Shown here: in pieces, positions 45,093 through 55,873 of the stretch | Position numbering within the stretch: position 1 is the stretch's first letter | How the letters are laid out: each line of letters starts with the position of its first letter | DNA from: Ignavibacteria bacterium | GTDB lineage: Bacteria > Bacteroidota > Ignavibacteria > Kapaibacteriales > UBA961 | Direction of reading: 5' to 3' | DNA: 64,000 nucleotides | Assembly: GCA_016873735.1 (NCBI GenBank) | Contig: VGWD01000011.1 | Coordinates: forward strand, 51 to 64,050 | The notes under the pieces: generated by a model | Seen by the model: the letters and a program-made list of their open reading frames with translations, nothing else | What the model was told of the DNA's origin: nothing | Databases searched by the model: none | Position numbers and translations under genes: made by a program

Positions 45093-47633
45093 TTACTCAG
45101 CTGACATTGGATCAACCTGTGGTGATGGATCACCATCTTCCACTGCCTTTTTAGAAGCAGCAGGTAATGCCTTTTGCTTTGGAACAACTGTGAATACCAA
45201 TTCTTTCTGTATATCGGAATAATCCACTTCGACCAATGTGTCTTCTTTCACTACAGATTTTAGCAATTCCTCGGCAAGAGGATCTTCCAGGTATTTTTGA
45301 AGGGCTCTGCGAAGAGGTCTCGCACCATATTTCTCATCATAGCCCTTTTCAACCAAGAAATCCTTCGCTTCAGAACTCGAAACCAATTCAATATTGAGTG
45401 ACTGCATGCGCTTCAGTAATTTTTCAAGCTGAATGTCGATAATGGAATAAATATGTTCTTTTTTCAATTGTCTGAAGACGATATAATCATCGATTCTGTT
45501 CAAGAATTCAGGATTAAACATACGCTTCATTGATTCTTCGATGGTGGATTTCATCTGATCATATTGACCATCGGGAGATTTATCTGAAAATCCAATATTT
45601 CCACCGGCTTTGAGATCGCGAACGCCAACATTCGAAGTCATGATGATGACAGTATTTTTGAAATCAATTTTTCTACCGAGACCATCGGTTAAAATCCCAT
45701 CGTCAAATACTTGCAATAAAATATTGAACACATCTGGATGAGCTTTTTCAATTTCATCGAGGAGAATGATGCTATACGGCTTTCTTCTGACCTTTTCCGT
45801 CAATTGTCCACCTTCTTCATAACCCACATAGCCCGGAGGTGCTCCTACTAGACGGGAAACTGCAAACTTTTCCATGTATTCACTCATGTCAACCCGAATG
45901 AGTGCATCCTCCGAATCAAACATGTATTTGGCAAGAACTTTTGCGAGTTCGGTCTTTCCTACACCCGTTGGACCAAGAAACATGAATGAACCGATTGGGC
46001 GATTGGGATCTTTCAAACCTGCACGAGCTCTACGGATGGCTTTAGCAAGCTGCTCAACGGCTTCGTCCTGACCAATGATCTTGCCTTTAAGCTCTTCGGC
46101 CATCTTGAGCAATTTCTCAGACTCACCTTCGGCAATCTTATTCACAGGAATTCCGGTCATCATTGCCACTACATCCGCAATGTCTTCTTCGCTGACTGAG
46201 AACAATGACTTCCCTGCAGAATTTTCCCATTCTTCTTTGGCTGTTTCAAGTTCTTGTTGCAATCGTTTTTCAAGATCACGCAATCTTGCTGCCTCTTCAA
46301 AATTCTGTGCTTTTACTACACTGTTTTTTTGAAGGCGAGCTTCTTCGATTTTTTGCTCAATCTCAGTTATTGCGGGAGGCACATTGATATTGGCAAGGTG
46401 AACTCTTGCACCTGCCTCATCCAAAACATCAAGGGCTTTGTCCGGTAAATGTCTGTCAGTGATATACCGCTCAGCTAATTTTACGCAAGCATTGACAGAC
46501 TCATCATTATATTTTACGCCATGATGAGATTCATAGCGATCTTTCACATTATTGATGATCTGAATCGTTTGCTCGGGAGTTGGTGGTTCAACCATTACCT
46601 TTTGAAAGCGACGATCTAATGCACCGTCTTTTTCGATGTGCTGGCGATATTCATCCAATGTAGTTGCTCCAATGCATTGGATTTCGCCTCGCGCGAGGGC
46701 AGGCTTGAACATATTGGATGCATCCAGTGAACCGGAAGCACCACCTGCACCTACGATTGTATGCAATTCATCAATGAACAGAATGACATCCTTTGCCTTT
46801 TCAAGTTCATTCATTACTGCCTTCATTCTTTCTTCGAATTGACCACGATATTTGGTACCTGCAACCAATGATGCAAGATCAAGCGTTACAATACGCTTGT
46901 CAAACAGCACGCGACTGACTTTCTTTTCCATGATTCGAAGAGCAAGGCCTTCAACGATGGCCGTTTTACCAACACCGGGTTCACCAATCAATACAGGATT
47001 GTTTTTCTTTCTTCTTGAAAGTACCTGTGCCACACGTTCAATTTCTTTCTCTCTTCCGATTACGGGATCCAATTTCCCCTCAAAAGCAAGCTTGGTCAAA
47101 TCTCTTCCGAAATTGTCCAATACCGGAGTTTTTTGTTTATCTGATTGTTGAGTTTTGGATGAAGAACGAACCTTTTCTTGTTTTGAAAGTGAGGATTTTC
47201 CATTGATGATATTATCCAATTCTTTACGGACTTCATCATAAGAAATTGAAAATTGAGAAAGAATTTGAGCAGCAATGTTATCATCATCACGAAGCAATGC
47301 AAGAAGCAAGTGTTCTGTGCCAATAACTTCTGATTTATACAATTTTGCTTCGAGATATGTGATCTTGAGAACCTTTTCAGCTTGTTTTGTCAATGGAATA
47401 TTGCCTATTGTCAATGTTCCACTGCTTGTGCGAATTGTATCCTCTATCGATTTTTTCAATTTGAATAAATCTACACCGACATTTCTGAGGATTTTGACGG
47501 CTATGCCTTCACCTTCACGAATGATCCCCAATAACAAATGTTCTGTACCGATATAATCATGCCCTAATCTGAGCGCTTCTTCACGGCTCAGTCTGATCAC
47601 ATCTTGAACTCGATTTGAAAAATTACCTTCCAT
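45093..47633 (-). CDS. clpC: ATP-dependent Clp protease ATP-binding subunit ClpC
   Basis: Two Clp-N repeats, GEPGVGKT and GPTGVGKT Walker A motifs, UVR M-domain [12 protein letters not shown] loop. GAGGAGG SD. Confidence 0.97.
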   Translation of the reverse strand: MEGNFSNRVQDVIRLSREEALRLGHDYIGTEHLLLGIIREGEGIAVKILRNVGVDLFKLKKSIEDTIRTSSGTLTIGNIPLTKQAEKVLKITYLEAKLYKSEVIGTEHLLLALLRDDDNIAAQILSQFSISYDEVRKELDNIINGKSSLSKQEKVRSSSKTQQSDKQKTPVLDNFGRDLTKLAFEGKLDPVIGREKEIERVAQVLSRRKKNNPVLIGEPGVGKTAIVEGLALRIMEKKVSRVLFDKRIVTLDLASLVAGTKYRGQFEERMKAVMNELEKAKDVILFIDELHTIVGAGGASGSLDASNMFKPALARGEIQCIGATTLDEYRQHIEKDGALDRRFQKVMVEPPTPEQTIQIINNVKDRYESHHGVKYNDESVNACVKLAERYITDRHLPDKALDVLDEAGARVHLANINVPPAITEIEQKIEEARLQKNSVVKAQNFEEAARLRDLEKRLQQELETAKEEWENSAGKSLFSVSEEDIADVVAMMTGIPVNKIAEGESEKLLKMAEELKGKIIGQDEAVEQLAKAIRRARAGLKDPNRPIGSFMFLGPTGVGKTELAKVLAKYMFDSEDALIRVDMSEYMEKFAVSRLVGAPPGYVGYEEGGQLTEKVRRKPYSIILLDEIEKAHPDVFNILLQVFDDGILTDGLGRKIDFKNTVIIMTSNVGVRDLKAGGNIGFSDKSPDGQYDQMKSTIEESMKRMFNPEFLNRIDDYIVFRQLKKEHIYSIIDIQLEKLLKRMQSLNIELVSSSEAKDFLVEKGYDEKYGARPLRRALQKYLEDPLAEELLKSVVKEDTLVEVDYSDIQKELVFTVVPKQKALPAASKKAVEDGDPSPQVDPMSAE

Positions 47634-47874
47634 ATTATTTTATCCTCCTCTTTGGGAGCCATTACTTGGTGAAAAATACATTATCCACAAAGGATGAAAT
47701 GCATGTCGAAACTACTTGAATTAATCGAAGTGTCAAAATGAAACTTATCAACCATGATATTTACTCAGAATTCGCTCATAACCTGTGGATTGACGAAGAT
47801 TTTTCGGTTATATTGCATGTCGATGCAGCTTTTATGGGCAATTGGTTTTTGACGGTCTTTCAATCTCACATACA

Positions 47875-48669
47875 ATGTCTGAAATTCATTCAAAGAAAAC
47901 TTATAATCTTCGATCAATGATCGCAGGTAAAGATCGATTTATTGTTGCTCATCGAGGTTCATCCGGCACTGCTCCCGAAAATACCATTTCAGCATTGCAG
48001 CATGCGATTGAAGCCGGTGCACTCATGGTTGAGGTAGATGTGCAATTAACAAAAGATGACCATGTTGTTTTGATGCATGATCCCGGGCTTGGTAGAACCA
48101 CAAATGGAAAAGGCATCGTCAGGTCAATGGCATTAGACGAGTTGAAAACACTTGATGCTGGATCTTGGTTCAATGAACAATTTATTGGCGAACATATTCC
48201 CTTATTGTCTGAAGCATTGCAATTGTTGAAAAACCATGCAGTCTGCATCAACATAGAAATAAAGCCACCTCAAGGAGAGGATGATCATATCGCAAGATTA
48301 TTGGCCATAGTCGAAACAGTCATTGCTCACAATATGCAGCATGTAACCTTGTTTTCGTCATTTCATCATGAAAGTTTGAGATATATCAAGCATAATTATG
48401 CCGGTCTTTATACTGCAGGTATTCATCTTCCGGGAGACAAAAGACTTCCAAGTGAAATCGCCTCGGAAATCGGATGCGATGGTTTTGTTTGTTCATTACG
48501 AGAACTAACGTATGCAAAAGCACAAGATGCCACCAAGCGCGATATTCTCATGGGTGTGTATACAATCAATAATGAATCCGACTTTCGAAAAATCATAAAA
48601 TACCCTGTGCCGGCATTGGTTACCAATTTCCCGAAGAGAATCAAAGAGTATGTACAACAATCAACATAA
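47875..48669 (+). CDS. Glycerophosphodiester phosphodiesterase
   Basis: IVAHRG, PENT, VEVDV.LTKD, MHD, NIEIK, TNFP. No signal peptide. Start moved to ATG 47875. Confidence 0.93.
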   Translation: MSEIHSKKTYNLRSMIAGKDRFIVAHRGSSGTAPENTISALQHAIEAGALMVEVDVQLTKDDHVVLMHDPGLGRTTNGKGIVRSMALDELKTLDAGSWFNEQFIGEHIPLLSEALQLLKNHAVCINIEIKPPQGEDDHIARLLAIVETVIAHNMQHVTLFSSFHHESLRYIKHNYAGLYTAGIHLPGDKRLPSEIASEIGCDGFVCSLRELTYAKAQDATKRDILMGVYTINNESDFRKIIKYPVPALVTNFPKRIKEYVQQST

Positions 48670-48676
48670 ATAGTCC

Positions 48677-48961
48677 ATGTATCATATAGCAGCAATAGGA
48701 TTTACTGCAGCAATTTGTTCAACATTTGCTTTGCTTCCGCAAGTAATTCGTGTTTGGAAAACAAAAGAAACAGATCAGTTGTCAGGTGGGGCATTTACAT
48801 TGATGTTGATCGGAGCGATATTATGGTTGACTTATGGATTGCTTCGACAAGACATAGTGATCATCTCCGCAAATTCCATCACCATGATTTTCATCGCATA
48901 TATCGTGGCCATAAAAGCTCGACAACGCATTGGCAAAACAAATGATCAGGAAAACGCATGA
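48677..48961 (+). CDS. SemiSWEET (PQ-loop) sugar transporter
   Basis: Three TMs, LLPQV, W.TYG, IISAN. Confidence 0.9.
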   Translation: MYHIAAIGFTAAICSTFALLPQVIRVWKTKETDQLSGGAFTLMLIGAILWLTYGLLRQDIVIISANSITMIFIAYIVAIKARQRIGKTNDQENA

Positions 48962-51876
48962 AATATTTTTCAATCCCTCTACGCATTCTGACAATGTTCT
49001 TTGTTTTTTCTGCGATTCATGCTCAAAAACCATTGATCATGATTCCCGAAAAGCCCATACAGAATGATTCAATAACTGTCTTTTTTCATGCGGATAGAGG
49101 CAATCGTGTATTGAACAATCTCAATGGCGATGTGTATATTCATTCAGGAGTGATCACTCAAAAGAGTCCGACAAATATTTCGTGGCAGCATGTCCGAGGG
49201 GATTGGGGCAAGCCAATTGCTGATTTCAAAATGAACAAAGAAGCAGAGAATGTGTATTCATTTCGAATGCATCCGGCATCCTTTTATGGAATCGAAAAAG
49301 ACGAGACTATTCTACGTTTGGCTTTTGTTTTTCGCAATGCAGATGGCAGCAAAGCCGGCAAAGATGCTGATGATAAAGATTATTACCTTGATTATCCGGG
49401 TTCTGATTCGGTGAAATCCATAAGTGATGTAATCATGGAAAGTTTGAGCAAAGGCAAAGGTCCTGATCCATCTACACTCTTCTGCAGAGGTTTTTATCAG
49501 GATAGTCTTGGTTTACTTCTTTATGTCGGCAATGGCAAAGTCTCGATAGAGCGTTTTGGAAATCATGTCATTAGGGTGAGTTATGACACCATAGAATTTC
49601 CCCCAATCAGAAATCCTGAAGCAATCATTGCAAAAAAGACGCCTTCGGAGTTTCTGACCGTTGATGCGGTGGATTACTTTCAATTCATATCTCAGGATAA
49701 GACATTCAATATTCTTGTGCAAAAACAGCCATTTGCACTTTCAATTTTTCAAGATAGCATACTTGTTTTCAAGGAAGAACAAGGTCTTATGTTCAAGGAA
49801 CATGCTCGTGGACTCTCTTTTTCATTAAGAAATTCTGAAGCAATCTTTGGCGGGGGATCTCGAGCATTGCCTGTCAATAGAAGAGGTCAGCGTTTTCCCC
49901 TTTATAATACTGCTGTCTATGGTTATGGGAATCAAACAGATCAATTGAATGTATCAATACCATTTTTTCTTTCTTCATCTCGCTATGGCGTATCGATTGA
50001 TTCACCAATTGCCGGCGCTGTCGATTGCGGGGTCACAGATAAGAATGTGATGAAGATTGCACAAACCCATGGATCACTTTCATACTTCCTCATCATAGAC
50101 TCAACATTTGACGGCATCATGAATCATTATACCCAATTGACCGGAAAACAACCATTGCCTCCCCTTTGGTCTTTGGGATATATTCAATCTCGATATGGAT
50201 ATAAATCACAACAGGAAGTCATGAATATTGTGAATGCATTTGACTCATTGAATATCCCATTGGATGCAATCGTATTGGATCTCTATTGGTTTGGGGATAA
50301 AGCAAAGATGGGTTCTTTTGCATGGGATACACGTCAATTCCCTGATCCTTTGGGAATGATGAGAAGCCTGAAAAAGAAACATGTCCATACAGTTTTGATC
50401 ACTGAACCTTATTTCACCGTTGAGTCGCAACAATATTCAGTTGCCGATAATGCAGGTTTATTTACGAAAAATGCATCAGGCTCAACATATGTTCTACATG
50501 ATTTTTGGGCAGGTAAGGCATCTTTATTAGATCTTACAAATCCTAAGGCAAAATCATGGATGAGTGATTTATATTCCGGACATATCAAATCTGGCGTTTC
50601 AGGATGGTGGCTTGATTTGGGAGAACCCGAGCTGCATCCAAAGGACATGCACCATGCGGGGGGCTCTACATTCGACATTCACAATACATATTCAATCCAT
50701 TGGATGGACGCATTGCTTCAGGCATATCAGCAGTATGCTCCAAATGAACGATTGTTCAATCTAATTCGCTCCGGCGGTCCCGGCATGCAGCGTTTTTCCA
50801 CCTTCCCTTGGTCGGGAGATGTACAAAGAAGTGCTTCAGGATTACAAGCACAAATCCCCATCATGCTTGGAATGAGCATGAGCGGTGTTGGATATATGCA
50901 TTCAGACTTGGGTGGCTTTACAGGCGGCACCAAAAATGAACGACTCTATACGCGATGGATGCAATTCGGTGCATTCACTCCAATAATGCGAGCACATGGA
51001 GAAGGCGTTCCACCCGAACCAATCTATTATTCAGATTCTGTCAGAAATATTGTGAAGTATTTCATTCAGTTACGAATGCAATTCCTTCCATATAATTATA
51101 CATTGGCATATCATAATGCAATCAAAGGCACCCCTCTTGCAAAACCAATTTTCTGGAATGGACCTATAAGCAGTGAATTCATTTCGGTGGATGATGAATA
51201 TTTATGGGGAAATGATCTTGTGATTGCCCCCATCATGCATCCCGATTCACTTTCAAGAAAAGTTATTCTTCCTCCAGGAACATGGTTTGATTTTTGGTCG
51301 AATTATCGCATACCTGGATATTCAAATTTCTCAATGCCCTCAACACTCACAGTGATGCCGATCTTTGTTCGAGGAGGTTCAATCATACCTCTTACATTTC
51401 CAATGGAACATACTGCGACATATAATGGTGATTCATTATTGCTCTTATGTTTCAGAGATTCATCCATCAATTCCATAGAACGTGATCTATACATGGATGA
51501 TGGACTTTCTTCCACAAGCTTGAATGATGAACATTATCGATTGTTCAAACTCAGCATGAAAGAAGATAAATCGCTTTCCACAATTGAATTCTCAATGAAC
51601 ACTGTTGCGGGGAAAGGATATGCAAGTGAATCACAATCTCGCATCATGATTTTGAAGTGGATTGATGTTCCAAAACCAACAAAGTTATCGCTTGAAGGAA
51701 AGAATATTCCCCTTGCAAAAGATGAGCAGACATTTTATCAATCGGCAATGCCGATTGCCTGGTATAAACAAAGTAATAATCCGCAGTTACCGCATGAAGT
51801 GCATATACGCATGATCGGTAAAAAAGAAAAAAGTGGAACCGTGTTGATGGAGTATGGAAAGAAATCCAAGAAGTGA
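48958..51876 (+). CDS. Secreted GH31 alpha-glucosidase/alpha-transglucosylase with N-terminal extra domain
   Basis: QPLPP.W..GY.QSRYGY, LDLYW, nucleophile WWLDLGEPE, WSGDV, HSDLGGF, RW.QFG.F.P.MRAH. Confidence 0.93.
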   Translation: MKYFSIPLRILTMFFVFSAIHAQKPLIMIPEKPIQNDSITVFFHADRGNRVLNNLNGDVYIHSGVITQKSPTNISWQHVRGDWGKPIADFKMNKEAENVYSFRMHPASFYGIEKDETILRLAFVFRNADGSKAGKDADDKDYYLDYPGSDSVKSISDVIMESLSKGKGPDPSTLFCRGFYQDSLGLLLYVGNGKVSIERFGNHVIRVSYDTIEFPPIRNPEAIIAKKTPSEFLTVDAVDYFQFISQDKTFNILVQKQPFALSIFQDSILVFKEEQGLMFKEHARGLSFSLRNSEAIFGGGSRALPVNRRGQRFPLYNTAVYGYGNQTDQLNVSIPFFLSSSRYGVSIDSPIAGAVDCGVTDKNVMKIAQTHGSLSYFLIIDSTFDGIMNHYTQLTGKQPLPPLWSLGYIQSRYGYKSQQEVMNIVNAFDSLNIPLDAIVLDLYWFGDKAKMGSFAWDTRQFPDPLGMMRSLKKKHVHTVLITEPYFTVESQQYSVADNAGLFTKNASGSTYVLHDFWAGKASLLDLTNPKAKSWMSDLYSGHIKSGVSGWWLDLGEPELHPKDMHHAGGSTFDIHNTYSIHWMDALLQAYQQYAPNERLFNLIRSGGPGMQRFSTFPWSGDVQRSASGLQAQIPIMLGMSMSGVGYMHSDLGGFTGGTKNERLYTRWMQFGAFTPIMRAHGEGVPPEPIYYSDSVRNIVKYFIQLRMQFLPYNYTLAYHNAIKGTPLAKPIFWNGPISSEFISVDDEYLWGNDLVIAPIMHPDSLSRKVILPPGTWFDFWSNYRIPGYSNFSMPSTLTVMPIFVRGGSIIPLTFPMEHTATYNGDSLLLLCFRDSSINSIERDLYMDDGLSSTSLNDEHYRLFKLSMKEDKSLSTIEFSMNTVAGKGYASESQSRIMILKWIDVPKPTKLSLEGKNIPLAKDEQTFYQSAMPIAWYKQSNNPQLPHEVHIRMIGKKEKSGTVLMEYGKKSKK

Positions 51877-52713
51877 TTATTCTTTCAAAGCGCCTGCTGT
51901 GAGACCTTCAATGATTTTTTTGCTGAATAGCAGGAATAATATCAAAACAGGCAATGCTGATATTGATGCACCGGCCATGAGATGTCCCCAATCAATGGAT
52001 TGTCTGCCAATATAATATGCGAGTCCCACAGGCAATGTTCTCATTTCAGGAAGGGATGTGAAAAGAAATGGGTATAAAAATGCATTCCAGCTTCCCAGGA
52101 ATGTATAGATGGCTAATACTGTAATGACCGGCTTGCATAATGGAAGTACGATCCGGAAAAAAATATAGAGTTCACCTGCTCCATCTATTCTTGCAGCATC
52201 CTCCATATCCGATGGCAATGCTTTGATATATTGCCTCATCAAGAAAATCGCAAATGGAGCAAGCAAACCGGGAATGATCAGTGCCCAGAATGTATTGATC
52301 CAGTCAAAAACAACCATCATGCGATATAAAGGTATCATTATCACTTGATGAGGAACCATCATCAGTCCCATCACCGAAGCAAACAATAACTTTTTTCCCT
52401 TGAATTCATATCGGGCAAATGCATATCCGCTCATAGAACCAAGCAAGACATTTCCGATTGTCACAACTGTTGCAATAAAGAGGGAGTTAGCGAAATATCT
52501 GCCGAAAGTATCGGTAACGAAAATATCGACATAATTTGAAAAACTCGGGGCCGTGGTAAAGAACTCAAGAGGACTGGCAAACAATTCGGGGCTGTCGAAC
52601 AAAGAAAACATCAGCATAAGCAACATGGGTATAACCATTGCAATGACAGAAATCATCAAAATTGCATTGATGACAAAGGATGTGATGCGTTCTTTGAAGA
52701 GATGATTGCTCAC
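51877..52713 (-). CDS. Carbohydrate ABC transporter permease (MalG-like)
   Basis: NSLFIA, GYAFAR, EAA loop EDAARIDGA, WNAFLYP. GTG start overlapping the kbl stop. Confidence 0.93.
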   Translation of the reverse strand: MSNHLFKERITSFVINAILMISVIAMVIPMLLMLMFSLFDSPELFASPLEFFTTAPSFSNYVDIFVTDTFGRYFANSLFIATVVTIGNVLLGSMSGYAFARYEFKGKKLLFASVMGLMMVPHQVIMIPLYRMMVVFDWINTFWALIIPGLLAPFAIFLMRQYIKALPSDMEDAARIDGAGELYIFFRIVLPLCKPVITVLAIYTFLGSWNAFLYPFLFTSLPEMRTLPVGLAYYIGRQSIDWGHLMAGASISALPVLILFLLFSKKIIEGLTAGALKE

Positions 52714-53909
52714 TTAATAACACCCAATTCTTTTCCTATTTTTGCAAATGCACTGATTGCTTTATCCAGATGATCTTTGGTATGAGCAGCTGAAATCTGC
52801 ACGCGAATTCTTGCTTGACCTTTTGGTACCACGGGATAGAAAAATCCCACGACATAGATATCCTCATCGAGTAATGCTTGAGCCAATTTCTGAGCAAGCA
52901 CGGCATCATAGAGCATGATGGGGACAATTGGATGCGTACCGGGTTTGATATCATATCCGAGCGCTTCCATGCCTCTACGGAAATACATCGTATTGTCCTC
53001 CAGTGTATCACGGAGCGAGGTAGTGGAACTGAGCAGGTCAAATACTTCAATGGAAGCACCAACAACGGAAGGAGGAAGTGAATTACTAAAGAGATATGGT
53101 CTTGATCTCTGTCTGAGCAAATCGATGATTTCTTGTCTGCCTGTTGTGAAACCACCAATACCACCCCCGAGAGCTTTGCCCAGCGTTCCAGTGATAATGT
53201 CCACTCTACCGGTCACATTGCAATGTTCAACAACTCCTCTTCCCTTTGACCCCATGAATCCCATGGAATGACATTCATCGGTCATGACAAGTGCTTGATA
53301 CTGATCTGCAAGATCACAGATTTTGTCAAGCGGTGCGATTGATCCATCCATCGAAAACACTGCATCGGTCACAATCATAATGAATCTCGCGCCATCAGCA
53401 CGTGCTTCTTTCAATCGTTCTTCCAATTCCTGCATATCACAAGAAGCATATCGATAGCGTTTTGCTTTGCATAAACGCACCCCATCAATGATGGAAGCAT
53501 GATTGAGCGCATCTGATATGATTGCATCTTCTTCAGAAAGCAATGGTTCAAAAACTCCACCATTTGCATCAAAACATGCTGCATAGAGAATCGTGTCATC
53601 AGTACCGCAGAAATCAGCAATCTTCTTCTCCAATTCACGATGTATGTCTTGAGTACCACAGATGAATCTCACGCTGGACACCCCATACCCATGAGAATCC
53701 AATGTATCTTTTGCCGATTGAATCACTTGAGGGTGTGAGGATAATCCAAGATAATTATTGGCGCAAAAATTCAATACTGGCTTGCTTCTTCCTTGCACCA
53801 TGATTTCCGGACCTTGCTCGGAAATGATGATGCGTTCTGTTTTGAGCAATCCACTTTCTTGGATGGAGGTTAATTCTGCTTGAAGATGATCTTTAAATGA
53901 ACCGTACAT
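52710..53909 (-). CDS. kbl: Glycine C-acetyltransferase (2-amino-3-ketobutyrate CoA ligase)
   Basis: NFCANNYLGLS, SVRFICGT, NHASIIDG, GTLGKALGG, RSRPYLFSN. Confidence 0.97.
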   Translation of the reverse strand: MYGSFKDHLQAELTSIQESGLLKTERIIISEQGPEIMVQGRSKPVLNFCANNYLGLSSHPQVIQSAKDTLDSHGYGVSSVRFICGTQDIHRELEKKIADFCGTDDTILYAACFDANGGVFEPLLSEEDAIISDALNHASIIDGVRLCKAKRYRYASCDMQELEERLKEARADGARFIMIVTDAVFSMDGSIAPLDKICDLADQYQALVMTDECHSMGFMGSKGRGVVEHCNVTGRVDIITGTLGKALGGGIGGFTTGRQEIIDLLRQRSRPYLFSNSLPPSVVGASIEVFDLLSSTTSLRDTLEDNTMYFRRGMEALGYDIKPGTHPIVPIMLYDAVLAQKLAQALLDEDIYVVGFFYPVVPKGQARIRVQISAAHTKDHLDKAISAFAKIGKELGVIK

Positions 53910-53966
53910 AGAGTTGACTGTAGTATTGAAGGAATATGCTAAAATTACTGAAATTGATGGAATATT

Positions 53967-54488
53967 TCACTCATACAGTAGATGCTCTGCTGTGCAATTG
54001 AATTCAACGGCTGCCTCATCTTCACATCGCTCAAATAAATCAAGCATGGAACTATTGAATAAGGGATGCATCATTGACGGAGCGATTTCACTGAGGGGCT
54101 TGAGCACAAATGCTCTTTGATGCATGCGGGGATGTGGGATCACGATGGTTTCAGTATCAATGATCTGTGAACCATATATCAATATATCGACATCAATTTC
54201 TCTCTCATGCCAACGAGGCCTTGATTTGCGCGATAATTCATTGTGAATGTCTTGGATCAATGCATAGATGTCATCGATCGGTAAACCGGTTGAACCAATG
54301 CAAGCACAATTCAGAAAGGTGGGTTGATCTGTATAACCAACGGGTTCTGTTTCATAAACAGAGGAGCATATCAAATCGGGTATTTTGTCAGTGAGTCTTT
54401 TGATGGCATGAGCAAGTGCAGCATGCCGATTTCCCAAATTCGCTCCGATTGAGAATGCAATATCCATCCGTGAAATGCTATCAACCAT
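53967..54488 (-). CDS. folK: 2-amino-4-hydroxy-6-hydroxymethyldihydropteridine diphosphokinase
   Basis: GANLG, SSVYETEP, FLN, REIDVDIL, IPHPRM..RAFVL.PL. Confidence 0.96.
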   Translation of the reverse strand: MVDSISRMDIAFSIGANLGNRHAALAHAIKRLTDKIPDLICSSVYETEPVGYTDQPTFLNCACIGSTGLPIDDIYALIQDIHNELSRKSRPRWHEREIDVDILIYGSQIIDTETIVIPHPRMHQRAFVLKPLSEIAPSMMHPLFNSSMLDLFERCEDEAAVEFNCTAEHLLYE

Positions 54489-54861
54489 GTGAACGTTGCA
54501 TGGTATGCTCTACTTCTACATGATCGATGATATGTTTAAGCGGAACACTAAGTTTACGGACTCTGATGGTAACTTTTTCAATACTTGAAAATCGTTCAAA
54601 CAATTCTTTGGACAATTCATAACACAAAGTTTCAATCAAATTGAATGAATCACCATTGAACAGCTCATTGATCGTAAAAACGATTTCTTCATAATTCACT
54701 GCTTGTGCAACATCATCACTCACTACGGCAGACATGGAATTGTACCAGATATCAGCATCAACTTGATATCTTCCACCAAGTGACTGCTCTTCAGGTTTCA
54801 CTCCATGATAGGAATAGAATTGCACATTACTGAGTGAGAGTTTCATGAGTCCTTGTTGCAT
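54481..54861 (-). CDS. folB: Dihydroneopterin aldolase
   Basis: FYSYHGV..EE...G, VNYEE, FNLIE, VRK. Start may be 54846. Confidence 0.95.
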   Translation of the reverse strand: MQQGLMKLSLSNVQFYSYHGVKPEEQSLGGRYQVDADIWYNSMSAVVSDDVAQAVNYEEIVFTINELFNGDSFNLIETLCYELSKELFERFSSIEKVTIRVRKLSVPLKHIIDHVEVEHTMQRSHG

Positions 54862-54879
54862 TGAGCTATATCCCAAATA

Positions 54880-55428
54880 TTAAAAACCTTGTTTCTGAAT
54901 GAAGATTCCTTTATCAACTTTCATGAAGAACTCTTGATAGAATGTTGGATCTTCCACTTGATATACTTCTGTTGTATTACCTTGATTGTCAAGAATCTTT
55001 ACTTGGAAATTCGCCCTCACTTTACATTGTTTGCCAAATTCAGAAACATTCACACTGGATTCAATTTGTTTCAGTTTATTGAATATGGATTCTCTTTGAC
55101 TGCGATTGCGATCTATTCCACGAAAGAAATCAGACCAAAATTGATTTGATCCATTACGCGCTTGCAAATCCACTTCTTTTGTTGCGGTTAGCAAGCCCAA
55201 TTCAACCTGTGCATTTCGTACAATGAAACCATCATCCTGCAATACATTGAGTACAGCTTTCATGACGAGTTTTACATCATTGGTATCATATTCACGAGTT
55301 TGCACCTGCCTGGTCTGCAATTGTGTTTTTTGTGGTGGCGGTGTACTCTGCTGATTGATCACCGTGCAAGCACCGAATATCAATGAGCAAAGAGCAATGA
55401 GGATATATGAACTCTTGTGCATGATCAT
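54880..55428 (-). CDS. Hypothetical lipoprotein
   Basis: Lipobox FGA-C; QTREYDT...VLQDDGF...LGLLTA. GAAAGG SD. Confidence 0.75.
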   Translation of the reverse strand: MIMHKSSYILIALCSLIFGACTVINQQSTPPPQKTQLQTRQVQTREYDTNDVKLVMKAVLNVLQDDGFIVRNAQVELGLLTATKEVDLQARNGSNQFWSDFFRGIDRNRSQRESIFNKLKQIESSVNVSEFGKQCKVRANFQVKILDNQGNTTEVYQVEDPTFYQEFFMKVDKGIFIQKQGF

Positions 55429-55441
55429 TATTCCTTTCAGT

Positions 55442-55846
55442 TTAGAATTTTGATGCATGATATGAGAATGATTTCACTTTACTGCTTGCATCGAATTTAA
55501 TGACAACGGTCAATGTTTTTTGTGTGGTTGCCGCAGCGCCTGATCGACTTGAGGATCCATACAATATGATAAATAATCCACTGGAATTTTCTGAATATGA
55601 TGCTTCAGTTGCGATTTTGTCATATACCCAAGTTTCATCGCCTCCATCATCTTTGGTGACAATATTTGGCGAGCCAAGAGCTTCGGCAACTTGTGCTCCG
55701 CTCATGCCGACGCGGATTTCTTTTTGCACTTTACCGACTGTCATTTCTTGTTCTTTGACTGAATGCAGATTTGATCTATGATCAACTGTTGTGCAACCAA
55801 TCATGCCCAAGATCAATAGTCCGGCGAACACTAAGAATGTTTTCAT
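55442..55846 (-). CDS. BamE/SmpA-like lipoprotein
   Basis: Lipobox IG-C; GMS..QV..ALGSP..ETWVY..LTVVIKFD..V. Confidence 0.8.
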   Translation of the reverse strand: MKTFLVFAGLLILGMIGCTTVDHRSNLHSVKEQEMTVGKVQKEIRVGMSGAQVAEALGSPNIVTKDDGGDETWVYDKIATEASYSENSSGLFIILYGSSSRSGAAATTQKTLTVVIKFDASSKVKSFSYHASKF

Positions 55847-55873
55847 AATCTGTCTCCTATCAAGTAAAATAGA

